64,000 bases of DNA from Octopus bimaculoides (Eukaryota), in assembly GCF_001194135.2 (NCBI RefSeq), contig NC_068981.1:20816042-20880041 (forward strand), in the 5' to 3' direction. Of the stretch, positions 42,901 through 53,809 are shown piece by piece (positions within the stretch are counted from its first letter, which is position 1; every line of letters begins with the position of its first letter). The position numbers were made by a program, and so were the translations under genes. The notes under the pieces were generated by a model. That model was not told the DNA's origin and did not search any database. It saw only the letters and a list, made by a program, of their open reading frames with translations.

Positions 42901-45900
42901 GTGTAAGTATCTTGAGAGAAAAGCTGAACATTAGAAGCATCAGTTGTGGCGTGCAAGAGAGACGATTGCGCTGGTATGGACATGTGGTGAGNNNNNNNNN
43001 NNNNNNNNNNNNNNNNNNNNNNNNNNNNNNNNNNNNNNNNNNNNNNNNNNNNNNNNNNNNNNNNNNNNNNNNNNNNNNNNNNNNNNNNNNNNNNNNNNNN
43101 NNNNNNNNNNNNNNNNNNNNNNNNNNNNNNNNNNNNNNNNNNNNNNNNNNNNNNNNNNNNNNNNNNNNNNNNNNNNNNNNNNNNNNNNNNNNNNNNNNNN
43201 NNNNNNNNNNNNNNNNNNNNNNNNNNNNNNNNNNNNNNNNNNNNNNNNNNNNNNNNNNNNNNNNNNNNNNNNNNNNNNNNNNNNNNNNNNNNNNNNNNNN
43301 NNNNNNNNNNNNNNNNNNNNNNNNNNNNNNNNNNNNNNNNNNNNNNNNNNNNNNNNNNNNNNNNNNNNNNNNNNNNNGGCACATAAAAGACACCATTTCG
43401 AGCGTGGCCGTTTTCGTGCGGATGACACGTAAAAGCACCCACTACACTCTCTGAGTGGTTGGCGTTAGGAAGGGCATCCAGCTGTAGAAACTCTGCCAAA
43501 TCAGACTGGAGCCTGGTGTTGCCATCCGGTTTCACCAGTCCTCAGTCAAATCGTCCAACCCATGCTAGCATGGAAAGCGGACGTTAAACGATGATGATGA
43601 TGATGACAGTGGCACATAAAAAACACCCAGCACACTGTTAAGTGGTTGGCTTAGGAAGGGCAACCAGCCATAGAAATCATGCCACAGCAGACAATTGGAG
43701 TCTGGACAGCTACCAGCAGCATGTCAAACCATCCAACCCATGCTAGAATGGAAAACAGACATTAAATGATGAAGATGATGATGATGAAATATTGTGACAG
43801 CTGTTCTGATACAACACTACACACCTCACAATTAGTTGTATCATGATATGTACTGGGCAGATAGCAAAATAATGGGAGAGTGACAAAAATGAGGACTGTA
43901 AGTGACATTTCACCAATTTTACCAGTACACATCCTCTTTATTATTTGCTTCTACACCTCTCCCTAAGAATTATGCACCCTCCTCAACTAACTAACATCTT
44001 AATTCACCTACTATTCTTATTCATTCTTCCCTCACCTCTCCAATTCTTTCAGTTTATATTAGTCTATTATATAAGACTCATATTTGCTTCCCCATTCCTC
44101 TTTAATAAATACTATGAAAGAAGTTGCATATATAATATCTGAAAACATTTCTTTTTGAATAATATATTATTCAAAAGTTTAGCATAGTAATATTGTGCAC
44201 GCTGTGACTATAAACACCATTCACAACAAAATATGGCTAGGGCTGCCTTGCAATTTTCATAGGTATTTTAGTGATTAAGCATCCTTTAGCCATTATTTTA
44301 CATCATTACTTCAAGGAAGAGTAATAATTTAAAGAAGACACATGTGATCTTCTGAATAAACCAGAAACTGGAACTTAAAGAAAGAGATTGGCATATTTAC
44401 GGTGAGAGTTTGTGAAGATTATAATGTTAAAAAATAAAGTTTTAGACATACACAAGGTAAAAGACAAACTCATTACATTTTCCTTTAAATATAATGTTGA
44501 TGCAAATTCTGAATCATCTGTTGGGACAAGGAAGTGTATGAATGTTACAAAGGATATCTTGGCGAGGCAATGATGTAATGAGTTATCCATCAATAATCCT
44601 GAGGTAACAATATCCATGATGGAGAAATTCAGTTCTACTGCCAAACTAACTAGACATATGGGTATTGAGAACGTCAAAGTAAGTGACAGGTGGTTATTAT
44701 GATTTAGAAGTTGCTATGGAATGGGTAACAAAGTGACCTATGGTGAATCAGGAAGTGCATTGTTTAAGGAGATCAAACCATTCAGGAACATGCTAAACAA
44801 CGTAATTAAATATGAAGGGTACTAATCTCTCAAAGTAGAAGTGTGATGAAACTGGATTATATTGAAGTTGGCTACCTTGGAATAACTAAGCTCTTAAGAA
44901 TAAAGACTCCACACCTGAACATCAATGAAATAAGAAATGTTTTTGAGGAATGGTGTTGCGTGAATGCAGACAGTCTGTACTATCTATAATTAGTGGCAAG
45001 AAAGGGGTAAATCAGCATATCCACGTTATCATTCCAAAAATTGATGTTGAAGATGCAAATCTTTAATGACTGGTTTTTCTTGCACTTCCCTGCATGTGTA
45101 AATACCAGAAAGTTTTCCTCAAACTTTCTATTAATGAGATGAAGGCACTACTAATTTCAGGCATTGCACCTACTCAGCAGGTGGTCACCAAATTCTTTGT
45201 AAAGCTAGTGAAGTATAGTGTATGTTCTTACCACCCAATGTTATTGTCACAATCCAGTCAATGAATCAAGGAATAATTGTAGCCTGTGATAGACAAAAAT
45301 ATTAAGATGAAGTTCTTGTTATCACCATTATTTAACATCAGTCTTCCATGCTGGTATGGGTTGAACTGTTTGACAGGGCTGCATCAAGCTCCAATATCAG
45401 CTGGATGCCCTTTCTAATACCAACCATTTTACAGTGTGTAGTGAATGTTTTTTTTTTTTGTGCTACTCACACTAGTGAGGTTGCCAACTAACTTGCAAGA
45501 CAGAAGAAAAATATGAAAAACTCCCCTTGATTAAGTGGAGGGAGTATTTGAGAAGGGGAGGTAGCTTAATGTTAGGTGTTGAGAGGGTGAAGCATGATAG
45601 AGGGACAAGTACAGGTGTCTTGTTTAAAGGGGGTAAGATAATCTAATACACAAATTGCAACCTCACAACATTGGAAACTAATTTCGAAGGATTTGAAGCA
45701 AGGGTGGTGAAACAGTTGTCAGAGAAGATGACATCAGAAAACACAGAGTGACACTGAATTCCAAGTGTTAACGGAAGAGAACATAGTGAAATTCTTATTG
45801 GTGACAACAGAGATAGCGACAATGATGAAGACTTATGGCTCAAGAAACTCATACTCTGTTACACAAGAATCCTTTAAAAATATCATTTTGTACATAAACT

Positions 45901-47875
45901 TTTCAACAGAATCTGATGTTCAGTAATATTATAAACACCTTAGAGTATTAACCCTTTAACGTTCAGGTTACTCTGTTAAGTGTAATGTTTGTTCAATTGC
46001 TTTGAACTAATCATGATTTATCTCTTAGCTATACGATTTTGATGATTGCTTATTGCTTATTTTTAGATTGACATTGTAGAGTAGGTGTGAAAGGTTGGAT
46101 ATGGCCAGTGTGAACATAAAAAGGTAGACTATTTGGCCAGTTTAAATGCTAAAGGGTTAACGGGACTCATAAATCAGAAGCTGTATCAAATGGTTATCAA
46201 GAGAGATCTTGACACATTCTTCAGACCAATTCAGCCCAACGTTGCAGGTAATATTGATGATTTAGTTCCTCCTTGGTCACTTCAGACTTCTATAAATGGG
46301 AGGCAATGATATCAGGAACATCAGCACTCCATTAATTCATAAGTTATCACCTTTACCTTTATCAATCTCATTTGCCAACTACCATAGGTAAATGAAATTA
46401 GTAGTTAATGGTATAAATTTTCAAAATTTTTACTTATTGTAAAGCTAAATAATTTTATATACAATATATATTGATGTGTAAGGGTGACGAGCTGGCAGAA
46501 TCGTTAGCACACCAGGCAAAAAGCTTAGCGTATTTCATCTGCCATTATGTCTTTCATCCTCAGGGTCAATTAAATAAGTACTAGTTATGCACTGAGGGGG
46601 GGGGGGTCGATGTAATTGACTTAATCCCATTGTCTGTCCTTGTTTGTCCCCTCTATGTTTAGCCTCCTGTGGACAATAAAGAAATAAATATATATTTATG
46701 TGTTTTGTACACTTATATGATGCATACAATATTTTCTCTAATTTTGTTACTGTTTATCATATTCAGCATACAGTGTATATATTTCCAATATATACACTAT
46801 ATCTTTTAGTTGTTTCAGTCATTGGACTGTGGCCAGCTGGGGCACCACATTGAAAGGTTGAACAAATTGACCCAATACTATTTTTTAAACCTGGTACTTT
46901 TAACAAACAGCTAAGTTATAGGAATGCAAACAATCAATCTTGTTGTCAAGCAGTAGTAGGGGACAAACACATACATAGATACACACAAACATGTATATAT
47001 CTTTTATCCTTTACTTGTTTCAGCCATCAGACTGCAGCCATGCTGGGGCACTGCCTTGAATTTTTAGTCTAATGAATCAAGCTCAGTACTTAATTTTTAA
47101 GCCTGGTACCTATTCTATCGGTCTCTTTTGCCAAACTGCTAAGTTACAAGGACATAAACACACCAACACCAGTTCTCAAATGGTAATGGGGACACAAACA
47201 CAAAGACACACACACACATAAATATATGATGAGTATCTTTCAGTTTCTGTCTACCAAATCCACTCACACAGTTTTGGTTGGCCTGAGGCTTGGTAGAAGA
47301 CACTCACCCAAAGTGCAGTGGGACACACACATACATAGAAACCATGCCACAAGAGACCACTGGAGTCTGGACAGCTCCTGTCAAACAATCCAACCCACGC
47401 CAGCATGGAAAACGGACATTAAATGATGACGATGATGATACACATACACACACACAACAGGTTTCTTTCAGTTTCCATCTACCAAATCCACTCTCAAGCC
47501 TTTGGTTAGCCTGGGGCTATAGCTGAAGACACTTGCTCAAGGTGCCTCACAGTGGGACTGAACCTGGAACCATGCAGTAAGTAAACTTCTTACCACAGCC
47601 ATGCACGCACCTAAAATGTATCAGATTCTACTCAGACTTGAACTCTGATTGCTGGATTTGTAATATACAAATATAATATATCAATTAACTCAGACAACTG
47701 GCTAAAATGAACACCCTTTCCCTTATCAGTATAGTTAGATGAGGGTTTACTGCATGTGTGTGAGTGTACCTTCCAGAATACCTTTCCTAGTTTTGGAACT
47801 TGAAAAATTTTTTTTCAATTACTCATTATTCTCAGCATTCATTGGTCTAGGGAGTGAAGTAGGAATTCCTAGAGA

Positions 47876-47913
<38 letters not shown>

Positions 47914-50900
47914 ATATATGAGTATATGCATATATATGTACATGTATGTATATACATTCATCCACATGTACATATAGATACATAACTGGGTACATGATGT
48001 GGCAAAAGAACATGGACAAAATGGTAAACAAGGTGCAACAAACAAGCAGGCCATATAGAAACATGACAAAGATGATGACCTACTGCTCAAGAAAAAATTC
48101 TTTGCTAATATCATTTTGTATATTAACTTGTCAGTAGAAAGTGATGAAACAACAGTGGAAACTTCACATACACACATTCCAAAAAAGAAAAAAAAAAGTA
48201 TTTTCTATTCCTAAAATAGTAAAATGAGCTATAGCAGAGTAGTGAAGGCACGGAACCAATAAAGATTAGAAAAAATAAAATATGCATGAAGCATTGGATG
48301 TGAGAAATATGAAAGATATGGTCATGTAGATAATAAGTTCACTTTGCAGCTACACGTTTTCAAGCTTGATCAGAGTGACACCTTGGCAGGTGCTTTCCAC
48401 TAGAGCCTTGAGTGGATTAAAACCTTATGAAACCAGTTAAATCGAAACTGTGCAGAAGCCTGTCAGAGAGACTACAACTGTTCGTGGATGGTGGACTAAA
48501 TCTTTCATCTGGTTTAACATCACAGCTTTGCCCTTTGATGATTCTAGTAGTGTACACACTATTACAAGCATTGAAACCAGGTCTCAGTCTGACATCTTCA
48601 CACCAATCACAGAGAGTCTGAAAAGGAACATAGGCATTGCCTTTCCTCCTTTGGCTTATGCTATGGAAAAAACAAAGAGAAAGTATTTAAAATGAGTGAG
48701 AAGTAGAAACAGTTGTGCATTGATAGTGATGTGTATGGATGCTATTGTTGATCTCCAATCAGGCTTAACTGAACAGATCAATGACTGATTAAAGATGTTT
48801 TATGGTTGTTCTTGATTTTTATATATACAACACCCTACACTGCCCACCTTTTTTTTTTCTTCTTTCTTCTTTCACGTGGCAAGATAGAACTGAAGGAGTT
48901 TGGTTTTTATTTCTAGAAGTTCCATCATTGCTTCTGCTATTGTATGGAGAATAATTAGGTGGAGTAAGACGGTCGAATGAGGATTGGAAATTGAAAGAAA
49001 TAAGAACCCGGTCCCACAAAAGAAAGAGGACAGCATCATTGGAAATAGAATGTGTCCATATCCGGCCTCACCGAGGCGATGACTACTGACCGAGACCTTT
49101 GGAAATGTGCTGTGCGTGAGAAGACCCGGCAAGCCAAGTAAGATCGTTGCCAGTGCCCCTGGACTGGCTCTTGTGCGGGTGGCACATAAGATGCACCATT
49201 TTGAGCGTAGCTGTTGCCAGTACCGCCTGACTGGCCTTCGTAGGATTTTCGAGCGAGATCGTTGCCAGTGCCCCTGGACTGGCTTGTGTGGGTGGCACAT
49301 AAAAGACACCATTTCGAGCGTGGCCGTTGCCAGTACCGCCTGACTGGCCTTCGTGCAGGTGACACGTAAAAGCACCTACTACACTCTCTGAGTGGTTGGC
49401 GTTAGGAAGGGCATCCAGCTGTAGAAACTCTGCCAAATTTAGATTGGAGCCTGGTGTTGCCATCCGGTTTCACCAGTCCTCAGTCAAATCGTCCAACCCA
49501 TGCTAGCATGGAAAGCGGACGTTAAACGATGATGATGATGATGATCAACAGGATGATAGATGAGTCATTTTCTGTGGAGCAATTACAGATGATACAATAC
49601 TTGTTGATTGGCTACTTTACCATACATTTACTGTGGAGTGGCCACTAACAAATAATAAAATACTATGGGAATAGTCAGTTACAGTTGATAATTACACTTA
49701 CTGTGGGGTGATCCTTATTTACAAGTGATAAATTACTGAACACTCACTGTAAAGTGGCCAGTTACAGACGATTAATTACCCAACACACTATCAAGAGCCC
49801 AGTTACAGAATATAAAAACTATACATTTATTGTGAGTTGGTCACTTACAGATAATAAATTACTAAAGACGTACTCTGCAGAGTGGCCACTTACAAGTAAT
49901 AAATTTACATTATTTATATTTGACGGATATTTGTCCTCATCTTGTTTGTTGTTAACACAACGTTTCGGCTGATAAACCCTCCAGCCTTCGAACCTGGGTT
50001 CTCATTCCTAACATCGAAAAATACCTTAGGAATGAGAACCCAGGTTCGAAATTTCCCCAAGACACCTGATGAAGGCTGGAGGGTATATCAGCCGAAACGT
50101 TGTGTTAAACAATATGAGGACAAATATCCGTCAAATGTAAATAATGTATATAATTCCTCATCTCTTAAATATAGAACTGAATAAATTCTACACTCTTTTG
50201 TAGTGATCACGTTTATATATATGTGTGTGTGGAGAGAATGATATTGTTATATATATATATATATAGACTTAAGATAAAGTTAATCCTGTTGTGAAGTTGA
50301 CTGTACAATATGACTATCAGTTTTTATAAATACAATGGATCAACAAATATTGAATTTCTATTTTAGTGAAAGATGAATCAAAGTTTCGGTTTTCTGAGAT
50401 AAATTTCCAAAACCTGCTCAGTTATGTGATAGAAACCTGTTCTTTACGTTATAGACTGATAATGAAGAAGACAAATGAAGTTGAACGACAAAATCAAGCC
50501 GAAAGTTCTGGAGCTCCAAAACTACACGAAGAATGAGAAAATATCAAAGGAATTGAATTGAATTATTTATTTAAAAACAAATTTTTGAAAAATATCGTTG
50601 ATTTCTAAAATATTAATATACAGAAATCAAGCTGCAATTAAAATAAAAAATTATTTAAACCTAACAGAGCAGACTATGATCAAAGACATTTCAGCCGTGA
50701 CCACACCATCTCGTTTTCAGACTGTATCCCGGACCAAGTTATCTGAATGTGGGCGCCTTTTATCTTAATGCGGTGGAGTCGGTAACTTGGAAGGCTATTT
50801 TGTAATATCTACAAGGTTGAACGATCACAGAAAAGTCGGCTCGTTTAGTAAAGGTATTTAGAGATGATTAAATAAAGAAGAAAAAAAAAACATGCAACTA

Positions 50901-51114
50901 TGAAGACAATTCTGAAACGATAATGTCACAGAAAAATGGACGAAACTAGGAAGAGGAAAGTAAGAGTTTAGGAATGCCAGGAAAATAACTGGGTACTTGT
51001 ATCAATGGACTATTGAACTTACCCCGATTTGCAGGAGCTATCAAGAACAGTATTAATATCTGGACAACAATTAAAGTCCCGAGCACAAGAAACACGTGCA
51101 ACCGAGTTGGCCAT
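21401..51114 (-). CDS. PRMT5: Protein arginine N-methyltransferase 5, span of 16 visible coding exons (final exon not visible)
   Basis: The exons listed below splice in frame to 1740 nt (580 codons). Conserved features include the [10 protein letters not shown] Phe, motif [14 protein letters not shown], the double-E loop [16 protein letters not shown] and GMFSWFP. Confidence 0.97.
22171..22287 (-). CDS. PRMT5: PRMT5 exon 15 (117 nt)
   Basis: (G)[38 protein letters not shown](S); acceptor ttctag, donor gtaagt. Confidence 0.96.
23520..23680. mobile_element. Small foldback element / MITE, 161 bp, unclassified
   Basis: 27-bp inverted repeats ggtaagttcactgtcatcaatttacca and tggtaaattgcttgcagtgaacttacc (3 mismatches); internal gtgaactttcc subrepeats; no clear TSD. 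Confidence 0.6.
23868..24230 (-). mobile_element. Composite tRNA-headed SINE; other copies at about 4765-4880, 17245-17592, 18255-18610, 33643-33960, 40988-41460 and 46803-47605
   Basis: Head with A/B-box-like TGGCTGTGTGG...GGTTCAGTC, body ggcaccttgggcaagtgtcttctactatagc, tail gactgaaacaagtaaaa. Confidence 0.75.
24463..24556 (-). CDS. PRMT5: PRMT5 exon 14 (94 nt)
   Basis: [31 protein letters not shown](G); acceptor tttcag, donor gtaagg. Confidence 0.96.
26678..26787 (-). CDS. PRMT5: PRMT5 exon 13 (110 nt)
   Basis: (D)[36 protein letters not shown]; acceptor ttctag, donor gttcgt. Confidence 0.95.
27768..27836. repeat. (TA)n microsatellite; other simple repeats at about 4105-4153 (GT), 4738-4764 (TA), 10370-10408 (CA), 21075-21114 (TA), 22790-22843 (TA/GT), 41162-41241 (TATG) and 47881-47908 (TA)
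   Basis: Read directly from the sequence. Confidence 0.95.
27969..28144 (-). CDS. PRMT5: PRMT5 exon 12 (176 nt), double-E loop
   Basis: (T)[58 protein letters not shown](D); acceptor ctccag, donor gtaatc. Confidence 0.97.
28272..28394 (-). CDS. PRMT5: PRMT5 exon 11 (123 nt), SAM-binding motif I
   Basis: (V)[40 protein letters not shown](T); acceptor ttgcag, donor gtaagt. Confidence 0.97.
28566..28624 (-). CDS. PRMT5: PRMT5 exon 10 (59 nt)
   Basis: [19 protein letters not shown](V); acceptor tcatag, donor gtaagt. Confidence 0.95.
29321..29398 (-). CDS. PRMT5: PRMT5 exon 9 (78 nt)
   Basis: [26 protein letters not shown]; acceptor tttcag, donor gtaaga. Confidence 0.97.
30661..30732 (-). CDS. 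PRMT5: PRMT5 exon 8 (72 nt)
   Basis: [24 protein letters not shown]; acceptor ttacag, donor gtaagc. Confidence 0.96.
30912..31525 (-). mobile_element. Young RTE 3'-end copy in PRMT5 intron 7
   Basis: ORF2 end ([32 protein letters not shown]), roughly 60-bp internal subrepeats and a (GAT)n tail. Confidence 0.85.
32430..32519 (-). CDS. PRMT5: PRMT5 exon 7 (90 nt)
   Basis: [30 protein letters not shown]; acceptor ttgcag, donor gtatgt. Confidence 0.95.
33995..34208 (-). CDS. PRMT5: PRMT5 exon 6 (214 nt)
   Basis: (W)[71 protein letters not shown]; acceptor ttttag, donor gtactt. Confidence 0.95.
35140..35252 (-). CDS. PRMT5: PRMT5 exon 5 (113 nt)
   Basis: [37 protein letters not shown](W); acceptor ttccag, donor gtaagt. 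Confidence 0.93.
36282..36413 (-). CDS. PRMT5: PRMT5 exon 4 (132 nt)
   Basis: [44 protein letters not shown]; acceptor ttccag, donor gtaagt. Confidence 0.93.
36840..36925 (-). CDS. PRMT5: PRMT5 exon 3 (86 nt)
   Basis: (D)[28 protein letters not shown]; acceptor ttgtag, donor gttagt. Confidence 0.95.
38538..38656 (-). CDS. PRMT5: PRMT5 exon 2 (119 nt)
   Basis: (G)[39 protein letters not shown](D); acceptor ttccag, donor gtaagc. Confidence 0.95.
39206..39530 (-). mobile_element. RTE-tail SINE-like copy; older copies at about 2195-2390, 7790-7931, 11365-11708, 15345-15540, 20940-21050, 26195-26430, 29740-29910 and 45325-45500
   Basis: Shared core gttaggaagggcatccagct...ccaacccatgcyagcatggaaa...gttaaa(tga)n; coordinates are approximate. 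Confidence 0.75.
41672..42088 (-). mobile_element. Two tandem copies of the same SINE family; further dispersed copies at about 37625-37850, 37985-38185, 46485-46685 and 62010-62210
   Basis: Reverse complement of the array unit (gagctggcagaatcgttagc...gagttcaaattc...ggccttgtgcc). Confidence 0.75.
42600..43607 (+). mobile_element. Young 5'-truncated RTE LINE (RT C-terminus, gap, 3' tail ending in (GAT)n)
   Basis: Open frame [33 protein letters not shown]...[26 protein letters not shown]...LRWYGHVV; the tail at 43378-43607 matches other copies in the window. Confidence 0.88.
44330..45300 (+). mobile_element. Decayed Tigger/pogo transposase
   Basis: Remnants of the CENP-B-like HTH region (MMEKF...KVSDRWL.FR...YGESG), then CDETGLY and [17 protein letters not shown] of the DDE_1 domain; many stops. 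Confidence 0.75.
45952..46156. mobile_element. piggyBac-type MITE, 205 bp
   Basis: TTAA on both sides; termini CCCTTTAACGTTCA and TAAATGCTAAAGGG. Confidence 0.8.
49062..49545 (+). mobile_element. Young RTE 3'-end copy in PRMT5 intron 1
   Basis: Near-identical reverse complement of 30912-31380; ends gttaaacgatgatgatg. Confidence 0.85.
49570..49906. repeat. Degenerate minisatellite, about 40-bp unit, 7-8 copies
   Basis: Recurring actgt..agtggccacttaca..tgataaattac. Confidence 0.65.
49907..50179. mobile_element. Head-to-head inverted Penelope-type pseudo-LTR pair
   Basis: Arms 49907-50011 and 50026-50147 are reverse complements apart from a 23-nt deletion and a small indel; 14-nt central spacer; contains a hammerhead-like motif. 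Confidence 0.7.
50061..50106 (+). ncRNA. Minimal type I hammerhead ribozyme motif (Penelope-associated type)
   Basis: Stem I GACAC/GTGTT, core CTGATGA plus one extra A, stem II GGCTG/CAGCC, GAAA, palindromic stem III ACGT, putative cleavage after GTT at 50101. Activity is untested. Confidence 0.65.
50650..50840 (+). repeat. Dispersed repeat family; related copies at about 600-790, 23110-23330, 24605-24810 and 61085-61270
   Basis: Shared gagcagac..tgatcaaag.catt.cagc.gtgac...tgctatttctag motif. Confidence 0.55.
51023..51114 (-). CDS. PRMT5: PRMT5 coding exon 1 (92 nt)
   Basis: [30 protein letters not shown](G); donor GG|GTAAGT; phase fits exon 2. Confidence 0.9.
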
Positions 51115-51169
51115 GATGAAGGTGGAACAAAAGTTGAGGAGGGACTAAATGTGTTAGTCAGTTAAGAGA

Positions 51170-51260
51170 TCCGGGCACTTTGTCCTCAACCCCACCATAT
51201 AGAGAGAGAGAGATAGACACGCGCTTGGTGCAGACCTTATTGGCGCTTAGTACTTTTAAT
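51170..51260 (-). promoter_or_regulatory. Candidate PRMT5 core promoter region
   Basis: CCAAT on the - strand at 51239-51243, a GA-rich tract and locally higher CpG, 60-150 nt upstream of the ATG. Confidence 0.4.
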
Positions 51261-53064
51261 ATCTTGTAATTTTATTTAAGAGCCTCCTGATACATTATTC
51301 AATGCTAAATTTATCAGACATTATTAGCTATATTTCTATATCCTACATTATAGTGTCTATAATTCGTTTTCCTCGCTTCTGCCGTTTTTCCACATCACAT
51401 TTAATATCGCAATTAAGAACAATTTACAGAACATTATATAACTTTAAATTTTAGTGTGTACTTCCTTATTAAAGTTTTAACCCTTTTGCTACCTAAAAGT
51501 CCGAAACTTATCTAGCTATTTATATTTGAATGGCAATATTAATGTAAATCTCGTTACTGCGTTAATAATAACACGTGAATTCAACAGATAAAACATTTTT
51601 ACATGTTGAATATTGGTTGGAGTTTTAGGGTTTTTTCGAATTACCCAACATTTTTTCCCAATTATATAAGCTTCAAATTTAGTAATAACGACTCTGAACT
51701 TGAATGACTTCCAATATATTATGATTGAACATAATATCAACTTTTTGTCCGAACTTACTTGTATTTAATTGATATTTTCTAACCCTTTTTACTACTGTTG
51801 CTCTTGTCTTATTCAACTAAACTAAATTCCAGCGAAGATTTCTCTCAAAGATATGTCATTCTGTTGAGAAATTTGATACCAACTAAAGAAGCAGCCTGGA
51901 ATCTTTGGCAAGGAATTTAGGCAGGAAGAGAATATTTATTATTTTCTTCCTGTAACCCTAAATTTAGAAAAGTTCTAAAAGCAGTAAAAAAAAAGTAAAA
52001 AATTGAAAATTTATAGTAGAATTACTGCCAAGTTCTTAAAACTTTATATTACGATCCGAATTCACTAAAATTTTCTTACCGTAAAAATTTTTTTATAAGT
52101 ATTTTATAGATTTTAAAAGATCTGGTTTCTGGAAATTATGATGATATAGTTTATCTTAATGCGGTGGAGTCGGTAACTTGGAAGGCTATTTTATAGTGCA
52201 ATGTATTTTAAATTCAGAGGCTTATCTGGCTGTTCCCTCAAAAAAAAAACAAAAAAAACGGTGGCCTCATACCTATGCAAAAAAAATCCTCTCTTCTGTT
52301 ATGTACCAAATATCATTGTCTTGCTTATTCCCATTTTATGGTTCTTGTACTTTGGTAGCTTTTCAACTTTCTGGTAGTGTTTTGATTAGAAGAGATTGAG
52401 ATGTCTATCAAAGCACATAGTTTTTCCTTTTTGTTCTTGATTATATTTGGAAGATTTTTTTTTTTGGAAATGTCCATCTAGTTGGGGCTAGTAAGGGACT
52501 TGGATGGTATCTTAGATACATATTAGGATTGTATGGGAGCATCTATTTGAAGAGGGATGTAAAAGCCTTGTAAACCTGCTCAGGAGTTATCAATTGTCTG
52601 ACAGGTACCCACTGGATTTTCTGAAAGTGCCAATGTAAACATAAATAAATCAGACTGGGTCATCCAGATTAAATCTGGATTAATAGTGTTTGTTAGGTAA
52701 GCAGCTAAAGATAGCATAAAATGTCTACAATTTTGGCAGGGTAAAATTTTGGTCATTAATGAGGACACACGAACAGCCTGTTCCAAGATTTTCAATTCTG
52801 AGCCTAAGGATAACCTTCAGAAATTCCAGGTCTGTGCAGCAATGGCTGTTCGCACAAGGTTTTATATAAATGCATTTGCAAAATCAATTGAGTAATTCAT
52901 GTGTTGTAAAAAATGCTCATGAATTAAAACTGTGTTGAATGCCAGACTAGTTAAGATGAATAATGTCACTGTAGGGAAAAGGAGAAAAGATAAACATCCT
53001 TTTTATGAGAAATTAGTAGGAAATAAGACATTGCAAATTGACATTTCTGATATTTAAAAAAAAA

Positions 53065-53600
53065 ACTCTAAAAAGGTAGCTCTGTACAAAAAGGCAAAGA
53101 TTTAGTTGTTTCCTGTGGTCCTGACTTCTGTCAGAGAAAAGAGAGAGTGAAGTGAAACTGATTGAGAAAGACTTGGAAATTCTGATGGTGACTCACTTTA
53201 TTATTGTTATGTGATTTCAGTCTATAGAAACATATTAATAGTGAATTTAATCTTTCTTTTATAGCATAATTAGTTGCTGTTCAAAATAGTTTTATTATTG
53301 GGTGAACTCATTTTGTGAATAAACATGAATTCCATCAAGGAATTCTGATTCATTCCGAACTATGAAGCCCAGTGGCAAGCAACATCCCAAAGGAATACAT
53401 AAGCTTCCTATTGGTACACTCTTGGGAAACAATTTCCAAATGAATTCAGCAATTCACTGTCACTATAGTAGTGACAATTTTCCAAAAGAATACAAACACT
53501 TTCTGTCACTACACTAATGGCAAACCATTTTCAAAGAATTCAGTTATTTTCTGTCACTAAACTAGTTGCAAACAATTTCAAAGGAATGTTTACTGTGTAA
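53065..53600 (+). repeat. Copy A of a diverged direct repeat of about 550 bp, containing a roughly 48-bp subrepeat
   Basis: Aligns with 55655-56250 (shared ggtgactcact, tctttcttttatag, cataattagtt, and gcaaacaatttycaaag units). Confidence 0.65.
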
Positions 53601-53809
53601 TAAAGTTCAATTTCCTTGAATACAGCCAAACTCATATATAAAGTGCTTGGGCTAATGCATACAGTGTCCTGTAGTTCATACAGTTACTGATGCATTCTGT
53701 ATGCATATTGATCATGTAGTCCATATGGTTACTCAAGATGCTGAAGGAGACCTGACTTATCTCACATTTCCATCCATCCTTTGTACTAAGAAAAGAAAGA
53801 TAAAAGTGG

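Noticed and set aside
48300-48800. Two overlapping + ORFs with faint resemblance to a hAT transposase (SFIWF...FDDSS)
   Set aside because: Similarity is too weak to assign by eye; it needs a tBLASTx search.
48872-49463. Overlapping 78-167 aa ORFs here and at 30995-31583, 39212-39681 and 59243-59684
   Set aside because: They are open frames in GC-richer RTE tail subrepeats; the same peptides recur in every copy.
51477-51495. TTAA-CCCTTTTGCTACC piggyBac-like left end upstream of PRMT5
   Set aside because: No matching right TIR was found nearby.
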